A program made the translations under genes and the position numbers. From a virus (Duplodnaviria > Heunggongvirae > Uroviricota > Caudoviricetes): 15,604 nt of DNA. Shown here in pieces: positions 8,890 through 15,604 of the stretch. The DNA lies in the IMG/VR virus record IMGVR_UViG_2657245483_000005; one strand, written 5' to 3'. Within the stretch, counting starts at the first letter, position 1, and each line of letters opens with the position of its first letter. A model generated the notes under the pieces. That model did not search any database. It worked only from the letters and a program-made list of their open reading frames with translations, and was not told the origin of the DNA.

Positions 8890-9242
8890 AAAAAATACTT
8901 TTTTTGGTTTCTTTAGCATTCGTCAGTTTTTCTTCTACAGCGGCAAACACCGCTTATATGAAGTGTGGTCCCTTTACTTTCTCAACCTCATCAAGCAACG
9001 ACGGATATCCGAGGATAAACGGAGCAAAGCCTGATAGTCAGAAGGTGACATTCCTCAAAAAAGAGGGAGATTATGACAATATTAAAATGCAATGGATTGT
9101 CATGAATGAGAATTCTGGGCAGCGCTATGGTCTTGATTATATAAAACGCAATGGGAGAGGGATACTCAATGCCGAGGCCATCAGAATGAACATGAATGAA
9201 CCTCGAGTGTTTGGAACTTACGACTGCGTGAAGGCTAAGTAA
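8886..9242 (+). CDS. Small secreted protein of unknown function, cargo gene, AT-rich
   Basis: N-terminal signal peptide MKKILFLVSLAFVSFSSTAA with no lipobox, two Cys in the mature part, and composition sharply AT-richer than the flanking genes. The start overlaps the hub stop (ATGA at 8886-8889). Confidence 0.7.
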   Translation: MKKILFLVSLAFVSFSSTAANTAYMKCGPFTFSTSSSNDGYPRINGAKPDSQKVTFLKKEGDYDNIKMQWIVMNENSGQRYGLDYIKRNGRGILNAEAIRMNMNEPRVFGTYDCVKAK

Positions 9243-9251
9243 TTTAATAAA

Positions 9252-9272
9252 GGCGCCGGAACTACCGGCGCT
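9252..9272. terminator. GC-rich hairpin between convergent genes (candidate bidirectional terminator, better for the minus-strand gene)
   Basis: ggcgccgg / aacta / ccggcgct forms a 7-bp GC stem plus one G-U pair. On the minus strand it is followed by the U/A-rich tract ttattaaatt; on the plus strand the T-run is interrupted. Confidence 0.5.
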
Positions 9273-9275
9273 CAG

Positions 9276-9626
9276 TTACTCGTCTTTAAAACTTATAATT
9301 TTGTACTGCTCCAGTACTTCTGAAAGCTCCTTTGATGTCAGATTTTGTATTTCGATCGTACCTTTTTCAGTGGTTACCGTTATTTTTTTTGATGATCTGG
9401 TCTGTAACCATTTTCTCGCTATCGATGCAATGGCGATACAAGCTGGTGATGATGTGATAACGGTAATAGATATTTCGAGAATTGTGCCAATAGCGCCAGG
9501 AGAATCACCCGTTCTGACTCTTTTACTTACTACATAGTCATTAGCGGGTATGTTATCCTGGATTACAGGAAGTAACTCTTTCCAAATAGCTGGAGTAAAT
9601 TTTATGGTTGTTTCTGATTTTGGCAT
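9276..9626 (-). CDS. Hypothetical cytoplasmic protein, cargo gene, AT-rich
   Basis: 116-aa minus-strand ORF inside the AT-rich insertion, hydrophilic and balanced in composition. The plus-strand ORFs over the same DNA look like antisense junk. No strong RBS was seen, so the exact start is uncertain. Confidence 0.55.
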   Translation of the reverse strand: MPKSETTIKFTPAIWKELLPVIQDNIPANDYVVSKRVRTGDSPGAIGTILEISITVITSSPACIAIASIARKWLQTRSSKKITVTTEKGTIEIQNLTSKELSEVLEQYKIISFKDE

Positions 9627-9805
9627 AAAGGTTTCAGGCCCCTATCGAGAGAAGCTAAAAATTGCCTACCGGCTTTTCCTTAGCAGCCTGTATCTTGCTA
9701 CAAATCACGACGTTACCGTGGTTCTAAGCAAAACCTATATTAAGAGCTGCAATGAAGATAAATAGCACGCATTAACTCACCCTCAAATCCTGACATTTGA
9801 TCAGT

Positions 9806-9827
9806 AACCCGCCTCGGCGGGTTTTTT
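9806..9827 (+). terminator. Rho-independent terminator (plus strand)
   Basis: aacccgcc / tcg / ggcgggtt is a perfect 8-bp stem with a 3-nt loop, followed by tttttt; it ends 18 bp before the spike gene ATG. Confidence 0.75.
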
Positions 9828-9844
9828 ATTACCTGGAGAAAGCT

Positions 9845-10498
9845 ATGCCAGTATCAGCCCGCGCGCAGGACGGCAACGAATCGCAGACTCTTGAGGCGCA
9901 CCGCCACGCCATTTTCGGCAGCCTGCGCGTGGCTTTGCCGGGGATCATCCAGTCCTTTGACCCTGAAACAGTGACATGCACCGTGCAGCCAGCCATCTAC
10001 GGTCAGCGGCTCAGCGACGATGGCGCTCTGGTTTCTGAGGAGATACCGATTTTGCCAGACGTTCCAGTGGTGTTCCCCCGCGGCGGTGGCTGCACGTTAA
10101 CCTTCCCGGTAAAGGCCGGTGACGAGTGCCTCCTGGTCTTCTCCGATCGCTGCATCGACTTCTGGTGGCAGAGCGGCGGGGTGCAGGAACCGGTTGACCC
10201 GCGCCAGCATGACCTGAGTGATGCGTTTGCCATTGTGGGTCCGCAGTCGCAGGCGCAGAAAATCAGCAGCATCAGTACCAGTGCGGTTGAACTGCGCAGT
10301 GACGACGGTGGAACAAAACTGAGCCTTAACCCTTCATCCGGAGCGATAACGGGAACCGCGCCGGGAGGCTTCAACCTTAACGGTCTGAAAATTCTGCCTG
10401 ACGGCCGCCTGCAGCTGGTGGATGGCTCCATGGTTGATAAGCATACGCATGGCGGCGTGGAAGTCGGCGGCAGCAATACGAAACCACTGGGAGGGTAA
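9845..10498 (+). CDS. Baseplate central spike protein (gpV / Mu gp45-like)
   Basis: ATG at 9845 with GGAGA 7 nt upstream; the track's ATG at 9797 lies within the terminator. 217 aa, positioned after the hub, with an HxH motif (HTH, 10442-10450) near the C-terminus as in iron-binding spike apices. Confidence 0.55.
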   Translation: MPVSARAQDGNESQTLEAHRHAIFGSLRVALPGIIQSFDPETVTCTVQPAIYGQRLSDDGALVSEEIPILPDVPVVFPRGGGCTLTFPVKAGDECLLVFSDRCIDFWWQSGGVQEPVDPRQHDLSDAFAIVGPQSQAQKISSISTSAVELRSDDGGTKLSLNPSSGAITGTAPGGFNLNGLKILPDGRLQLVDGSMVDKHTHGGVEVGGSNTKPLGG

Positions 10499-10500
10499 TT

Positions 10501-10854
10501 ATGCGATACCGACGCGAAGACGACGACGGGGACTACACCTTCGGCCAGGGCGATGACACCTTTCTGGTCAACTCACCCGAGTGCGTGGCCCAGGCCGTTA
10601 AAACGCGCTTTGAACTGTGGAAGGGGCAATGGTTTCTGGACACAACCGAGGGCACACCCTATATCCAGTCGGTTCTGGGAAAGCAAAGGCCTGAGGTTTA
10701 TAACCTTGCGATCAGGGATCGCATCAGCACCACACCTGGCGTTCTGTCCATACTGGCCTTTGATACCGTGAATGAAAGCACGACACGCCGGGTAACGTTC
10801 ACAGCCACCATAAACACTATCTACGGACAAACCACCCTTACCAGCGAGGCATAA
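10501..10854 (+). CDS. Baseplate protein (P2 gpW / Mu gp46-like, tentative)
   Basis: 117-aa ORF between the spike and the baseplate J-like gene; assignment is by position and size. Confidence 0.5.
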   Translation: MRYRREDDDGDYTFGQGDDTFLVNSPECVAQAVKTRFELWKGQWFLDTTEGTPYIQSVLGKQRPEVYNLAIRDRISTTPGVLSILAFDTVNESTTRRVTFTATINTIYGQTTLTSEA

Positions 10855-12054
10855 ATGGCCCTCAATTTGGACACGCTCGGCTTATCGGCAACGGTAACCG
10901 CTGAGGGGATCAGCGCGCCTGATTACCAGACAATACTGGACACCCTGACCAACTACTTTAAGCAGATATATGGCAGCGATGCTTATCTGGATCCTGACAG
11001 CAAAGACGGGCAGATGGTGGCGCTGGTGGCCCTGGCTATTCACGATGCTAACAACACGGCCATTGCTGTTTACAACAGCTTTTCGCCTGCCACCGCTTAT
11101 GGCGCAGGGCTGAGCAAGAACGTGAAAATAAACGGTATTAAAAGGAGAACGGCTACCAACTCAACGGTTGATTTGCTGCTTACCGGCGCGGCCGGTACGA
11201 CCATTTCGAATGGCTCCGTCAGGGATAAGAATGGCCTGGTCTGGAGCATGCCGGCTTCCGTGGTAATTGGTTTAGACGGGACGGCGACGGTCACTGCCAC
11301 CTGCTCAAATAGCGGCGCAGTGGCCGCGCTGTCCGGAACGGTCACGACCATTAACACACCGACCCGCGGCTGGACTTCGGTAACTAACCCCGCGGCGGCC
11401 ACCGTCGGATCCCCGGCGGAAACCGACGCAGAGCTGCGCATCCGGCAGGGGCAGAGTGTCGCGCTACCCTCCATCACGCCGTTTGAAGGGGTGGACGGCG
11501 CGATAGTGAACGTTGCAGGGGTTACACGTCACAAGCTCTACGAGAATGATACCGGCACGACCGACAGTAATGGGCTGCCGCCACACTCTATCTCTGCCAT
11601 CGTGGATGGCGGCGATCTGACTGAAATCGCCCAGGCCATCCGGGGCAATAAGGGGCAGGGGGTGTCAACGTATGGTGCGACAGCCGTCACGGTGCCGGAT
11701 AAATACGGTAATCCCCATGTGATTCGCTTCTCCCGGTCAACGGATGTTCCTATTTATGGACATATAACGCTGAAAGCTTTCGCGGGTTACACATCACAAA
11801 TAGGTAAGGAGATTCAGCAGGCCGTTGCGGATTACATCAACGACCTGACGATCGGTGATTCGGTGCTGCTGAGCCGCATTTATTCACCTGCCAACCTCGG
11901 GGTGGTCAGCGGCGGTAGCGCGCGTTATTACGACATCCAGGAATTACTCATCGGTAAATCAGCAGGATCCGTAGCATCGGCAAACATAACCATAGCCTAC
12001 GACGAATCAGCTTCATGTAAACCGGCAAACATCGTTATCACGGTGACGTCATGA
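10855..12054 (+). CDS. Baseplate J-like protein (gpJ / Mu gp47 family)
   Basis: 399-aa ORF; size, position and the ETDAELRIRQ segment fit the baseplate J family. Confidence 0.7.
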   Translation: MALNLDTLGLSATVTAEGISAPDYQTILDTLTNYFKQIYGSDAYLDPDSKDGQMVALVALAIHDANNTAIAVYNSFSPATAYGAGLSKNVKINGIKRRTATNSTVDLLLTGAAGTTISNGSVRDKNGLVWSMPASVVIGLDGTATVTATCSNSGAVAALSGTVTTINTPTRGWTSVTNPAAATVGSPAETDAELRIRQGQSVALPSITPFEGVDGAIVNVAGVTRHKLYENDTGTTDSNGLPPHSISAIVDGGDLTEIAQAIRGNKGQGVSTYGATAVTVPDKYGNPHVIRFSRSTDVPIYGHITLKAFAGYTSQIGKEIQQAVADYINDLTIGDSVLLSRIYSPANLGVVSGGSARYYDIQELLIGKSAGSVASANITIAYDESASCKPANIVITVTS

Positions 12055-12731
12055 GTAGGTACACGGATCTAATCACTAACTACCACGCCACTAAGCCGAA
12101 ATACCTCGATCACATCGATCTTAGTACCCGTCCCCTGATTGATATCACGTCAGCCACAAGGGGCCTGGTGAGTGCGTTTGACATTGATACGGCTGTTGGC
12201 GTGCAACTCGATATTCTCGGACTCTGGATTGGACGTAGCCGTATAGTCAGCCAGCCCATTAGTGGCGTTTATTTCAGTTGGGACACGGAGGGGCTCGGAT
12301 ATGACCAGGGCGTATGGCAGGGGCCATATGATCCTGACTCCGGCTATACGACGCTTAGCGATGATACCTATCGCACTATTCTGAAAGCAAAAATCGCTAT
12401 TAACAACTGGGACGGGCGTAACGACTCGCTTCCGGACATTCTTGACACTGCCACAGTGGGTTCGGGCCTGAAGATGCAGATCGTCGACAATCAGGACATG
12501 ACGATATCGGTCTGGGTATTTCCCGAGACTGATATTTCTGATGTGTCTCTCGAACTGATCGCCGCTATCAAACAGGGCTATCTCACCGTTAAAGCCGCTG
12601 GCGTCTGGGCCGGTGATGTTGAAATGCCTTCGGTTGAAACACCGTCCGAAGGAACAAAATTCTTTGGATTTGACATGGATAACGAATACATCGCCGGTTT
12701 TGATGACGGCGCATGGGGGAGATTACTTTAA
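12051..12731 (+). CDS. Baseplate wedge / tail-fibre attachment protein (gpI-like, DUF2612-like)
   Basis: ATGA overlap with the gpJ-like stop; 226 aa, immediately upstream of the tail fibre gene. Confidence 0.6.
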   Translation: MSRYTDLITNYHATKPKYLDHIDLSTRPLIDITSATRGLVSAFDIDTAVGVQLDILGLWIGRSRIVSQPISGVYFSWDTEGLGYDQGVWQGPYDPDSGYTTLSDDTYRTILKAKIAINNWDGRNDSLPDILDTATVGSGLKMQIVDNQDMTISVWVFPETDISDVSLELIAAIKQGYLTVKAAGVWAGDVEMPSVETPSEGTKFFGFDMDNEYIAGFDDGAWGRLL

Positions 12732-13510
12732 TGGCTGGAACTAATGATTTTAAAGCGTTTGCGACAGATGCTAATGCAAATGTTACCTCGCAGGAGGAAT
12801 GGGAGACGCTAACCGCACTGAAGAAAGGATTCTCCTCGGGTAAAGCATCCAGCGCACAGGTCAGTAAAGCGCTGCGCCAACCGTCGACGATGGCGGCTGT
12901 ACTGGGGCAGTTTATCGCGAACGCCGAACTGGACGCGCTCGATGATGGTGACGTTGATGGACTGGTGGCAAAGCTGGCGACAGCGATTACCACAAACCTT
13001 GGTTTGGGAGAAGGCTCAGCATTACCCGTTGGCGTACCTGTTCCGTGGCCTTCAGCCACACCGCCGACAGGCTGGCTGAAATGCAACGGTGCCGCTTTTT
13101 CTGCTGAAGAATACCCGGAACTGGCAAAGGCTTACCCGACAAATAAATTGCCTGATTTACGTGGTGAGTTTATTCGTGGCTGGGATGACGGGCGTGGAGT
13201 GGATAGCGGTCGTACTTTATTAACGAATCAAGAGCATGCAGTAATTTCTCATAATCATGGAATACCTACAAAAGTGGGGTCAGTTACTAATATCCCGTAT
13301 GGAATAGAACAGGTTATATCTGATGAAACCATTTTTTCATCAGCAAAAACAGTTGGTGTGGATTACTGGTCTAACAGTGAAAGAGTTTTTACTTATACCT
13401 CTGGTGGAAGAAATGGTGCTGAATCAGTGAGTTCACCTGATGCCTCCTCTTTAATTAAAGAAACCAGACCACGGAACCTAGCATTTGCGTATATCGTGAG
13501 GGCTGCATAA
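12731..13510 (+). CDS. Tail fibre protein: constant N-terminal part (codons 1-90) plus currently joined variable C-terminal part
   Basis: TAATG overlap start at 12731 (an alternative in-frame ATG lies at 12713). The C-terminal part contains LPDLRGEFIRGWDDGRGVDSGRTL, a collar-type motif I recall from tail fibre proteins. A crossover site sits at codons 86-94. Confidence 0.8.
   Translation: MAGTNDFKAFATDANANVTSQEEWETLTALKKGFSSGKASSAQVSKALRQPSTMAAVLGQFIANAELDALDDGDVDGLVAKLATAITTNLGLGEGSALPVGVPVPWPSATPPTGWLKCNGAAFSAEEYPELAKAYPTNKLPDLRGEFIRGWDDGRGVDSGRTLLTNQEHAVISHNHGIPTKVGSVTNIPYGIEQVISDETIFSSAKTVGVDYWSNSERVFTYTSGGRNGAESVSSPDASSLIKETRPRNLAFAYIVRAA
12987..13012. repeat. Left crossover site of the invertible segment (hix/gix-like 26-bp imperfect palindrome)
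   Basis: ttaccacaaaccttggtttgggagaa, central dinucleotide TT at 12999-13000. It is 21/26 identical to the reverse complement of the site at 14971-14996. Confidence 0.7.
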
Positions 13511-14112
13511 TGGTGAAAGCAAAATTAAACAGTGCGTTTATTGCCACCGTGGCAGGTGAAATCACTGTGTACAACTACCGGGGCGACACCCGCGAATACA
13601 TATCCTCATCGGTTGAGTATCTGCCTGTGGGGGTGGGTATTCCTGCCAATTCCTGTACCGATGCGCCCGGCACACATAAAGCTGGTTATGCAATCTGCCG
13701 TTCTGCAGATTTTAACTCATGGGAATATGTGCCAGACCATCGCGGTGAAACGGTATATAGCACTGAAACAGGAGAATCAAAAGAAATCACAGCTCCGGGT
13801 GATTACTCTGAAAATACAACTACTATCGCCCCGTTAACGCCATTCGATAAATGGGATGGTGAGAAATGGGTGACCGATACTGAGGCACAGCATAGCGCCG
13901 CAGTAGACGTGGCAGAAGCACAGCGCCAGTCGCTGATTGATGCTGCTATGGCTTCCATCAGTCTGATTCAGCTGAAATTGCAGGCCGGGCGGCAACTGAC
14001 GCAAGCAGAAATCACTCGCCTTAACGCTGTGCTGGATTACATTGACACGGTGACGGCAACAGATACCAGCACCGCGCCGGATGTCATCTGGCCTGAACTG
14101 CCGGAGGCGTAG
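13510..14112 (+). CDS. Tail fibre assembly protein (Mu U / lambda Tfa-like), currently expressed orientation
   Basis: TAATG overlap with the fibre stop; 200 aa; C-terminal LDYIDTV..DTSTAPDVIWPELP matches the conserved Tfa C-terminal pattern. Confidence 0.75.
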   Translation: MVKAKLNSAFIATVAGEITVYNYRGDTREYISSSVEYLPVGVGIPANSCTDAPGTHKAGYAICRSADFNSWEYVPDHRGETVYSTETGESKEITAPGDYSENTTTIAPLTPFDKWDGEKWVTDTEAQHSAAVDVAEAQRQSLIDAAMASISLIQLKLQAGRQLTQAEITRLNAVLDYIDTVTATDTSTAPDVIWPELPEA

Positions 14113-14527
14113 GCCATTCAATATCTGGAGCACTGGAGGTATCAACCAGTTCCAGTGCGTCCAGATAATCCAGCCACAAATTATATTGCGCCAGTTCCTC
14201 ACTTTTCAGACGACCAATCGCCGCTTTGCCAGGCCACTGATGAGTATTGATGTAGGTATTGACTTCAGAAACCAAAGATATTTTTTTCATTTCAGCCGTC
14301 AACACCTCATCCTCTTTTGAAGGGGGTGGGGAATTAATCCATACTGGCCGTCCTGAACTGTCAGCGCCAATTTCTTTCCCTTCTGGATGCAGCCCAAGAA
14401 ATTGCTCATATGTTTCTCTGGTAATTTCAATAACATCATCAGGAAGCGTTCCCGCATCCTCATATTCTGGAAACAATTCTTGCAGATAAAAACTTTTACT
14501 TCCGGGTGAAAAGAATACTGAGTTCAT
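14084..14527 (-). CDS. Alternative tail fibre assembly protein (U'-like)
   Basis: Minus-strand 147-aa ORF with C-terminal LDYLDALELVDTSSAPDIEWPTPP, matching the Tfa pattern; located directly downstream of the minus-strand fibre tip. Confidence 0.7.
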   Translation of the reverse strand: MNSVFFSPGSKSFYLQELFPEYEDAGTLPDDVIEITRETYEQFLGLHPEGKEIGADSSGRPVWINSPPPSKEDEVLTAEMKKISLVSEVNTYINTHQWPGKAAIGRLKSEELAQYNLWLDYLDALELVDTSSAPDIEWPTPPAVQAR

Positions 14528-14529
14528 TC

Positions 14530-14982
14530 TTACCGTCCAATGATTAATGCTGAGACGCTGGTATCTGAAGGAAAGGCTGCATTCAGTGGTTTGTCGACTT
14601 TGAACACAATCGTATTATTCCCCCTGACAGCGGCAAAAGAACAAACCGCAGTCGCGTATGAACCTGTAATATTACTGGATACACCACCATAAGCTGTTGT
14701 TGATACCAGAGGGATAACGCCCAGCACCTTATTAGGAAATACAAAGGGCAATGTGGCTGTGGCAATATAAGACTTATTAGAACCTGTAATGGCATAAGCA
14801 TTATCAGTCATTCCATTCATCGCCACCGGGCCGCTTATACTTACAGTAACCATCTGAATGATTAGCCCGTCAGGTTGACGAATCACAAAATTTCCATTGC
14901 CACCAGTAACCGTCCAGAAAGACATATCAGGGATTTGGTTTTCCCCGTTGCCCACATTCCGTTTTGCCGCTTCTCCCAAACC
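14530..14982 (-). CDS. Alternative tail fibre C-terminal cassette (Sv'-like), startless, fused to the fibre gene only after inversion
   Basis: Minus-strand frame open from the right crossover site to the stop at 14530. The sequence after the core encodes GLGE, the same residues that follow the core in the plus-strand fibre, and the frame matches. Confidence 0.7.
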   Translation of the reverse strand, partial: GLGEAAKRNVGNGENQIPDMSFWTVTGGNGNFVIRQPDGLIIQMVTVSISGPVAMNGMTDNAYAITGSNKSYIATATLPFVFPNKVLGVIPLVSTTAYGGVSSNITGSYATAVCSFAAVRGNNTIVFKVDKPLNAAFPSDTSVSALIIGR

Positions 14983-14996
14983 AACCTTTTTTATAA
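14971..14996. repeat. Right crossover site of the invertible segment (hix/gix-like)
   Basis: ttctcccaaaccaaccttttttataa, central AA at 14983-14984; the inner 14 bp are identical to the inner half of the left site in inverted orientation. It lies 60 bp upstream of the invertase ATG. Confidence 0.7.
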
Positions 14997-15026
14997 CCAT
15001 CAAAAATCTGGTGATGCTTCGCCGTT

Positions 15027-15049
15027 TCTCCTGTTTTCATAACAGGAGA
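15027..15049 (+). promoter_or_regulatory. Perfect 9-bp stem hairpin that includes the invertase Shine-Dalgarno
   Basis: tctcctgtt / ttcat / aacaggaga; the right arm contains AGGAG, 7 nt before the ATG at 15056. Confidence 0.5.
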
Positions 15050-15055
15050 AATCCC

Positions 15056-15604
15056 ATGATTTACGGTTATGCCCGAGTATCAACAAACCACCAGGACACT
15101 GAATTGCAACTAACGGCGCTCAAGTCAGCGGGTTGTGAGAAAATTTTTGAAGAGCATGCCAGCGGGAGGAAATCGAATCGGCCGGTTCTAAAACGGCTGA
15201 TCGCCACTATGCAGCCGGGGGATGAACTGGTGGTCTGGAAGCTGGACAGGATAGGCCGCAACGTTCTGCATGCGCTGTTGATGTTCCAGCAGTTACAGGA
15301 AAAGGGTATCAACTTCCGCAGTATTACCGATGGCGTGGATCTCAAAACAGCCAGCGGCCGCTATAACTTTCGTAACATCCTTTCCGCAGCACAATATGAA
15401 TCTGATCTTAATAGCGAACGTACCTTAGCAGGGCTGGCCGTAGCCAGGGCAAAAGGGCGAGTTGGTGGTCGCAGGCCTAAGTTCACGGATGAGCAATGGC
15501 GGGAAATGGGGGAGCGGATGGCAACCGGTGAATCACGACAAAGCGTATCAAAAACGTATGGAGTAGGGCTCTCAACTCTGTATAAAAAGTTTCCAGCTAG
15601 CTGA
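15056..15604 (+). CDS. Serine DNA invertase (Hin/Gin/Cin/Pin family)
   Basis: Starts MIYGYARVSTNHQDTELQ, with the catalytic Ser in the RVST motif, and has a C-terminal helix-turn-helix (GESRQSVSKTYGVGLSTLYKKFPA). The track ORF begins at 14897, but the family-conserved N-terminus and RBS place the start at 15056. The stop is at the window end. Confidence 0.93.
   Translation: MIYGYARVSTNHQDTELQLTALKSAGCEKIFEEHASGRKSNRPVLKRLIATMQPGDELVVWKLDRIGRNVLHALLMFQQLQEKGINFRSITDGVDLKTASGRYNFRNILSAAQYESDLNSERTLAGLAVARAKGRVGGRRPKFTDEQWREMGERMATGESRQSVSKTYGVGLSTLYKKFPAS

Larger units (their letters stand above)
12999..14984. other. Invertible DNA segment (Mu G-segment / P1 C-segment-like, about 2 kb) carrying two alternative fibre-tip and chaperone cassettes
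   Basis: Bounded by inverted 26-bp sites. Contains fibre tip and chaperone on the plus strand, and a second chaperone and a startless fibre tip on the minus strand; an invertase gene lies immediately downstream. Confidence 0.7.

Noticed and set aside
9301-9765. Plus-strand ORFs 9301-9537 and 9550-9765 within the cargo insertion
   Set aside because: Their translations are hydrophobic and low in complexity (for example FCISIVPFSVVTVIFF), consistent with the antisense of the more plausible 116-aa minus-strand gene; kept only as an alternative to be excluded by expression data.
10003-13086. Minus-strand ORFs 10003-10476, 11097-11477 and 12589-13086 across the spike, gpJ-like and fibre genes
   Set aside because: Antisense to well-supported, translationally coupled baseplate genes; typical GC-rich shadow ORFs.
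14897-15055. N-terminal 53-codon extension of the invertase ORF in the track (start at 14897)
   Set aside because: The extension runs through the crossover site and the RBS hairpin. The family-conserved N-terminus (MIYGYARVST, catalytic Ser) and the Shine-Dalgarno place the real start at 15056.
256-15604. Calling the element bacteriophage Mu itself, or a tailocin
   Set aside because: The gene order and invertible segment are Mu/P1-like, but no transposase or Mu ends are in the window, and the -1 frameshifted chaperone and the small joining genes differ from Mu. Head-tail joining genes upstream of the sheath argue against a dedicated tail-only bacteriocin, although IS1-mediated truncation could have produced a tail-only remnant (see findings).

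Overview
The window is almost entirely the late (tail/baseplate/tail-fibre) region of a contractile-tailed prophage with Mu/P1-like gene order, preceded by a 190-bp fimbrial gene fragment, an IS1 end and a 10-N scaffold gap. After the gap come a truncated structural gene, three small head-tail joining genes, sheath, tube, a tail assembly chaperone with a -1 frameshift extension, tape measure, baseplate genes, a tail fibre gene with an invertible host-range segment, and a Hin/Gin-family serine invertase. The two things most worth follow-up are an AT-rich two-gene insertion between the baseplate hub and spike genes (8886-9830), which I cannot assign to any family, and the invertible fibre segment, whose crossover sites and in-frame fusion I mapped by hand. 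All product names come from gene order, size and remembered family motifs; no database search was possible, so family labels are hypotheses. The minus-strand ORFs in the track that overlap the tightly packed plus-strand operon are treated as spurious.
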